From Tubulanus polymorphus (lineage: Eukaryota > Animalia > Nemertea): 64,000 nt of DNA. Positions 56,363 to 64,000 of this stretch are shown one piece after another (the first letter of the stretch is position 1; each line of letters starts with the position of its first letter). Location of the stretch: the NCBI RefSeq assembly GCF_964204645.1, contig NC_134030.1:8227122-8291121 (forward strand). Direction: 5' to 3'. A model generated the notes under the pieces. The model had not been told where the DNA came from, ran no database searches, and saw only the letters and a list, made by a program, of their open reading frames with translations. A program made the translations under genes and the position numbers.

Positions 56363-59300
56363 TTAAACAAGCATTTTCTTCGTGCAAATTTTCCTCTTAT
56401 GAATCGGAAGAAAAACTTCTTTCCCCGTACAATAATAATGAGGCTTGTATAAAAAAGCAATGAAGGGCTCTTCATTGGTATATTACTTTACTCTCTAGGG
56501 CGTTCAATACGACATAATTAAAAACCTGTTGAATGAATCTAAGTTGAATATTTCGACATGTTTCCATTAGCTATTAAAGATTTCACCTCACGCTGACGTT
56601 GAGCTCCGATTTAGAGTCTTTATATTCATTCTTTCTCACATTAATGAACCCTGCTGATATCTGATATACTGATATAGGGTTAAGTCGAGCGAAATATGTC
56701 TCATGATTACAAGTTTTGCCACAGATAGATGTATATCACGAAAAATGTCGGATTATTAGGACTACGGACTCAAATTTAGATGATTTCATTTCATAGATCA
56801 AATGAAAGTAGTCGATTCCGATTGTTCAGCGCTCCGTGAATCTGTGTATGAGTTTTACCTATTAGCACTCAAGCCGCCCGCATCCCCCTCCGGCCTATGA
56901 GCACGCCCAAATCCACCCTAAACTTGACACCCAAGAAGTCAGAATTCTGTACAGAAATCAACATCTTCCTATTTGAAATGCTCTAGTATTTGGAGTATGC
57001 ACGTGACAGATCCGAGCGCTCAATTATATCCAAGTAAGTCTGCATAAATATCAGGGGTAGAACTAAAGGTCATGATTTTGGTGGCCCACCTCATCGAATC
57101 TTATGATATCATATGAAAGCCTTGACTATTTACTACAAAATAACATGAATTTGTAAAACATGAAAATCAACTAGAAATGAGCTATTCTGTATCATGATAA
57201 ATGTGGATTTTCCTATGAATTTTCTGAGGTGTAATAGACACTAGATTGTGAAATTCCTGAGTGCTAATTGGTTAACAGTTGTGTTGTCAGTAGCGCATTC
57301 ACAGCACAGGTAAATTTGTTAATGACGTTATATTATCAGATGGGTATATTGCCATGGTGTTTGTATTGATCGCGTTACCAACCAGGACGGACGGTACTGT
57401 ATACACTGATGGTGTGTGGTGTCCGATGTAGAAACGGGGACTAACGTTTCTCTCAATCTCTCTCTCTCTGTTGGAATTCAGCGCGAGGCTGATTGACGTC
57501 AATCGCGTCGGCGTAATGAATATTCCCCGAACGTACGTACGTATCGGTCGACCAGTTCGGGGGCGTGAATACAGACTAGCAGACCTGCTGGATTAACATC
57601 TCGTTCGAGGCATCTCTTCTTGGAATCGGGTTCTTTTTTCATCGAAGTGTGACGCGAAGATGAAACAATGTTTATCGCACGATGTGAATGGGTAATTGTG
57701 ATTGCTTAACCGGTTAGAATTAATCGCGCTCGTGGACTTACGCAACAAGTTCTGATCCAGTAACTTAAAAGAACTGAACTTAAGACTTGTGCCTGACAAA
57801 GTTGCTTTATTGTTATAAGTAAAGTCGCGTTGTTGTCTTGAGTAGTAGCAGCAACCCTCCCAAATTTAGTTTCATCGTAAGAATTTTCTAAAAAATCGAT
57901 AAGCGCCAACGACCGCGCGGTATTGTAACGTTTTTCACATAAGTTGCTATGAAGTTTATAGACGTCGTTCGTGGATTGTTGATCGGTTGACACTGGTTTT
58001 GTCCGGGTTGTCAGGTTCGCTCGCGCGGCGATAGTTTCTGCGAAATACGCGATCGAATCAATCGATCAAAATGTGAATATAATTCATTTATGAATCGAAA
58101 CGTTTTTATTTATCCGAAGTTGTTTTTTGTCCGTAGTTGCGCGCGATTAAAAACGAACCGCGACAGGCTGAATTGCGCGAGTGATAGGCCTATTATAAAA
58201 CATGTTTGAATAAACGTAACTCTCTATTGATAATGGCGTTGTCATTTATTCGTCTATAAACGTAACGTAATAAGCTTTCTCTTTGCGGATCGCGCTTAAA
58301 GGTTGTCGACGTTTAATGATCCTGTGAACATCACTTCCGACTGGTGGCGTAATAGCGGGCGCGAGTGTCATCGAGGAAAATTGATATTAGTAATTAGCGT
58401 GAACAACAGCGCCAGACACTTAGAACATACATTCCGATATAGACCGTCTACTGAGATATCATCGTGAAGTCTTAGGTGATGGTAACTCTGAACTTTGTTG
58501 GATTTTTATTTCTGAAACAGAGAGAAAGTAAAAATTGATAGGAATACGAATCGCTAGCCTTTTCCAGGACAGACCATGCAATTTCTTCGTTTTTTTTTTT
58601 TTAAAAACAGTTGAACAGGACAGAAAGTAAAAGTTGAAACGAATATACGTATTTTCCAGCTGAGCGGACTGTGACATTTCTTTGTTTTTGGAGAGAAAAA
58701 AATCATTGTTTTTCTTTAAGAAGTATCAGCAGATATGTCTCGGACCTTGGTCCCGTTCTGAATACCTGCTGAATGATTTATTTAGACTAAACGCGATAAA
58801 AAAAAGATAACGAGACGACAATGTTCCATACGTCGGGCAAATTCAGTCCTTTGAATCCGCGCAATTACTGGACGTCGGGCAGCGGAGTGAGAGAGCGCGC
58901 GAAAACTGCTCATCCCGGACGGACTACTAGGATGATTAAGAGCGCCCCGGTTCGAGGGGCCGGCGCTGCCACCGGTTTGGAGATATTGGGTAAATCGTGT
59001 TTTCCGCGAGATATAAAGACAGCGAATTACAAATATAGAGGTGAAGTTTACTTGTTATTATTCATTGCGGATTCTCGTTGGGTTATTTATTTAGTCCATT
59101 ATGATCAAGAATGGACCAAACGGTCACACTAAGTCTGTTTTAAGTTGGTCCATTCGATTTTAGAATGGACCGAAAGGGTTTGATCTCAGTCCAGGACTGA
59201 CCATTTCTCTTGTTAGTTAATAGAAACTTAGCTCTAGTCGACTGTCAATCAGCGAGTTGTCTCAAGCTGGACCAGCGGTTATAGCAAATTTCAAAATGCA

Positions 59301-60489
59301 TATGGATGTACAGCAATGTTTTGGTCCACTCTAACTAGGTCTGTCCTCGAAATTGATCAAATTAAATTGCACTAGCGTTAATAGTGTGAAAGTGGCTTCC
59401 AGTACAGAATCAGTGTACTTGACAAATTTTGAAAGTACTGCAGAACTTTTCACACTTGCACATTATAATAGACTAGGTCCTATAGCTTATTTTAGATATG
59501 CAAGACGGATATTGTGAGAAGTCGAAGTTAGAATTGTTGAATACGTAACTGTAGAGATTGTTTAAATATCCATAAAAGCGTGTGCATCTCTCATCCTCCC
59601 CGATAGCTGGGATTTCTAACCTGATGGAATCGAGACTGCCTGGTCCATATGGAGGATGACAACTCTTTGCCGCCGAAAGTGTAGAACTTTGTCAAGGCGA
59701 ACTAGCATATTAACTAGGGACTGGGCCACATTTAAAACCAGTCAGCAGTTCCAATCTAACAATCTAAGACCAGTCTTAAGATTTAAGCCCACTTTTAGGT
59801 CATATGTCGACTATGAAACCAGCCCGATCATCATCATCATCATCATCATGATCGAGGAAAATTTGTCTTGAATTAGTTTCTCATCTTTTATCTACATTCG
59901 TATATTTGTCTAGTAAACTATATTCAAACAATGTTTCATTTTATATTCTCAAACAACTAGTACAACACTGAATGTTTGAAAATCATGCAGGTGTTTTTCG
60001 TTCTCTGCCGGTATAGAGTTCACCTGGTACCCCAGACTAACAGGAAAAATTCTAAACATTTGTGTTTGCGGTTTCAGACGTAAGAGTCTACGGGGAAATT
60101 GTTTGTTGATTGCGGTTTATTCGGATTGATGAACTCTCTTGTAACAGATAGAATTGCACGCTTCGACTGTTTCATCTCCGTCTATGTTTGGTTTGTTACC
60201 CATCGTTTTACTTCCAGTTGCCTTTTAGTCAAGTATGTCCGGAATCAAAATTGATTTTTTCGGTTGGACCATTGCATAGATTTGGGACATTATGGTAGGA
60301 ATATTGTCAACCCAGACCCGTCGACGAATGAAAGTCCTGGTATCATTTTATGAAGAAATTCTTGAAATTTTCCAGGCATGGGTAGATTTTGGTTCTCGGG
60401 CTTCCGCGAGACCCTTATCCTCGTACTATCTGTGTGTGTCTGTCTTTCAGCATTCAGCTTCATTGATAATGGGTCTTGATAAACTTGAG

Positions 60490-60730
60490 AACACAATCTT
60501 AGCAATGGGAGTCTAGTTGTGCAGAATGGACCCAGTGACCCACCTAGTGGCAGAACTGGGCACTAAAAACTGACCTTAAAGAGGAACCGGATCGTAATTT
60601 AAAAAGTTGTCGACAAAATTTAGTTAGTGGACCTAGATACAACATATCCTAAATGCGATGGGAACAAATGCATGGTAATTTCGGAGTTCACGCCTGAGCC
60701 CGAGAACCATTGTTGCCTATGGTTTGTTTT
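60490..60730 (-). mobile_element. Second dispersed HINE-like family, copy 2 (inverted)
   Basis: GGGAGTCTAGTTG, CCTAGTGGCAGAAC, CCTAGATACAACATATCC and CCTGAGCCCGAGAAC match 16300-16570 in reverse. Confidence 0.6.
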
Positions 60731-63239
60731 TTCAAAAAGGAAAAAACCGTTTATGTGTGAAACTTAATACCTGCTACAGCAATTATCCTAGAAGCACTTG
60801 TCAAATGTGAGAAGAAAGTCTTTAGAACTACGTCGATCTTAATGGAAACATAGCAATTTACGTGTCAAACTGTGCAAGGAATAATTGATGAGAAAGTCAG
60901 TCCGGGATAAACAGTGAATTATTCACTGGTGAATTCTTCTTTTAGTGCATTCCACGTTCTTACGTCATCTGCCTGGCGGGGATGTTGAATTAATAAATAA
61001 CCCGGCGGCCAGTTTCACACCGTTCACATTTCGGTCGGCTTCGTATCGATGTTTGACATTTGTCTGTGTTCGATGAAGATCTAGACTAAGTTACAATTCA
61101 ATTCAATCTTTATTGAGCGTAAACGTAAAATATAACATGCTCGGGCCTTGATATGAAATTTACGCAAATGGTACCGGTAATAGGAAAAAAAGCAAGGAAT
61201 TTTTCAGAATGCAAATTTATGTTCACAGTTACGTTGAAAGAAACAGCAGTTTTCAAAATTAATTGACGAGAATATTTCTTGGGATGGGCATTCGTATGTA
61301 TATTTCAGCGGATATTTAAAATAGCAAAAATATTAGAATTAAAGATATTTTAGAGAAATGATGAATGTCTTATCTATGGATTCAGTATTGGTATTTTTGT
61401 AGTGTGAATTTTTCGAAAAATTGTTTTCTAAGAACGGAATTTCCAAAATTAAGGAAATTGAGAATTTTTAACTCTTCCATTAGGCACAACTCGAAGCCTC
61501 AAAACTGTGACACTGAGTTCCCCAGAAAATTGCAGGTAAAAATTCCAAGTAATAATCGGAGATAATGCGAACGGCTATAGTAAGGCATTTAATCATGTAT
61601 TATTGCCATTATTAAAATGGGTCAAAATCAACATCCTGTTTGATATATGCATGAAAAATACGGAAGGTTATGTTTGTATTGTGTATATGTGATGATATTA
61701 GTTAGTCACGATCGCTGAACTAAAACCACCACATCCGAAAAATAATCACGAGGATAGGCCGCATGAGGATAGGCCGCTGTAATGATCCTTCGATGGTTTT
61801 ACGAAGCCTTTTTCGGCAGTAAGTAGTGGGTATTCATCTTATGAGCATGCATTTATGAAAGGTAGGCACGATTGAAGCTAGGCTTATGGGGACTTTATGT
61901 AATTTTGGGAATACCCAGGATTTTTCTTATCTTTATTGTTTATTTCAAAGACTTTTTTGAAGCTATTTTACGATAATGTTTATATACATTGATTACATTG
62001 ATACGTCATCAATACTGGCGTTCCAAATAACAATTAAAACTGTAAATTTTGGCGATAATTTCGTAATTTTTTAACTCTTATTCTATTTTTGATAAATCTT
62101 AATAATCATTTTTTGAGAGGATGTGCCCTACGTCATCAATATATCATGGCTAGACTAGTTGCTTGTCAATTCAATTCAATTATCGAAATATTCAATCCAA
62201 ATAACTTAACTGATCCTTAATGATTAATAGTATAATTATCCTAACAATATGATTTATATTATTGTATTAAGCCATATATGTGTTATTTTTCCAGGCGTCA
62301 ATAAACTTTCAAGTTAGTTTTCTTGTTCCTTAATGTAACTATGACATAACCACTGAAACAATAAGTCTGTGTTATGACAATATATAGAGAATGCCACGCT
62401 GATATTATATAAGATGAAGGTTTCCTTTAAGCTTAAATAATTAATTCATTCGATGTTTCGACTGTAACCTAATCGGGAATCTTCAGGAATGAGATATGAA
62501 ACCGTGAGACTTACTTACATTTTTACTATGATATTTTATTCATCATTTGATCAATAAAGTGTTTTTTCTAATTCTCAGAAGAAATAAGATCCCTATTTAT
62601 TGACGGTGTAGCGTAATTCGGAACGATTTTATATTTGCGATGTCCTCTCACTGTTTCCCCGCGACGACGCGACCGGGTTCGAATACCGCTCCCGCGGAAA
62701 TATGATTCACGTTTCGTGGCAATTAATTGCAGGGGTGGCCTATAGGTCCGATTTCGCGGTATAGTGGGTCTTTTGTGATCGTTTTGAACGCCTTGAGTCA
62801 CACGCGAGCAATATTACCCTGTATATGTAGTCATATTTTCTCTATTATGTACCCGTGTTTTGTTGTCTACATACCTCCACCAGCGCTGTACACAGAACCC
62901 GGCTTTTGCAGTTTGAGAGTTTTTAATCGAAATCTCAGCAGACGACTGGCTTGTGTTACGTCTCCATTTCTGATTTCTGATTTGAGGTGTTTCCATAGCA
63001 GAAAACGTCGGCCTGCCATCTTTCGGATTAGCGGCGGCTTATGGATTATGGATTATTTATAAGGACTTAAGTGGATTATCTATCGTTGATAAACAGTCAA
63101 ATTTGGATTAGTTTATCGGTCCGATATTGTTTTGTTGGTCATTCAATAGCGTATGTGCCAAAACACGAGTTGTATAAAATAGCGCACTCTCTATCTATCT
63201 GTTGGATATTTGGTGCGTGGTAATTTTTCGAGAGGAAAA

Positions 63240-63363
63240 ATGAACGACGATAAAGGCTGTTGGGAATTCATCTGGGGCAAATTCTTTAAGAAAAATAATG
63301 GCCATCGCCAATCGAAAACAAAATCGTCGAGACAACGACGAAAGAGTAAGCAAGGAAAGGAGA
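63240..63363 (+). CDS. Candidate alternative first coding exon (MNDDKGCWEFIWGKFFKKNNGHRQSKTKSSRQRRKSKQGKE)
   Basis: AAAATG start, 41 codons + 1 nt, A|GTAAGT phase-1 donor; TATAAAA near 63174. Confidence 0.55.
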
Positions 63364-63477
63364 GTAAGTGTCAATTCTGATAACGTATTGTTTTTTCCAA
63401 TCTGAAAAGCATTGTTAGATTTCTTAATGGTAGTTACGGTAGTTCAGGTTTCTTTGCTCACGGGTGATGGAGGACTT

Positions 63478-63565
63478 ATAGTAGTGGTAGTAGTTGTAGT
63501 TGTAGTGTAGTTGTAGGTTGTAGTAGTTGTAGGTAATTGTTGTAGTAGTTAGTGGTTGTAGTAGG
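63478..63565. repeat. Degenerate (GTA/GTT)n microsatellite
   Basis: GTAGTGGTAGTAGTTGTAGTTGTAG... run. Confidence 0.8.
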
Positions 63566-64000
63566 CAACATCGTTATAGGCCTAGCCTTTTTTAGACTCA
63601 TCGCTGATGGAGAGCTCCACTTGAGATTAATCTGTTAATTGTGTTTAATTAGTTGCATTTGTGAAAATCGTCTGTTTTCGTCATAAAACGTCAATTAAGT
63701 CTCCTCTATAGTTGATCTGATATGCTCGATTATTTTAGTTCCTTTTCGTGTGATTTCTTGCCTTGCGAAATTCCATGTAAGAGTTTTCAATATTTATTGG
63801 GCTATAGGCCTATTCATGGCTGTACCTAGCAGAGGCAGTTACCCCAGCCCCTGAAACTGGAAAGGTGCCCTTTGGAAACTGGAAAGGTGCAAGTATTATT
63901 GTTATATCCAATAGAACTGCCCTTTTCGGGATTCTCTGCCCCCCAAATTCAAGTGGCCTTGCTATTCCACGACTGTTCTTCTAATTGAGTCTCGTATGGA

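Noticed and set aside
62727-63062. 111-aa ORF with VVYIPP resembling a LINE endonuclease
   Set aside because: A single short motif with no other APE-domain hallmarks is insufficient.

Overview
AT-rich, intron-containing animal DNA, probably from an invertebrate (inferred from GT-AG introns, HINE/pearl-like and MITE repeats and an invertebrate-type GlyT). No prokaryotic operon or CRISPR array is present. Splicing by hand recovers: (1) a complete 15-exon, 726-aa SLC6 Na+/Cl- glycine-transporter-like gene on the minus strand (13653-30866), in which both partners of a normally conserved inner-gate pair are substituted; (2) tRNA-Ser(AGA) at 39224-39305; (3) a compact 6-exon gene for a ~197-aa secreted ependymin-like protein (39663-40995) that the ORF track largely misses, with exons 1-2 inside a 267-bp tandem duplication; (4) a 76-aa single-TM microprotein with a mitochondrial-presequence-like N-terminus (43843-44462, minus strand); (5) the 5' part of a large unidentified plus-strand gene, with a 2-kb Ser-rich exon and two further candidate alternative first exons that all end in splice phase 1. 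The repeats include a HINE/pearl-like element whose 154-bp tandem units each carry a CTCF-like motif, Penelope-type minimal hammerhead remnants, a 227-bp foldback flanked by a 12-bp direct repeat, a TTAA piggyBac-type MITE, tRNA-derived SINEs and LINE tails. All assignments come from manual reading; no searches were run.
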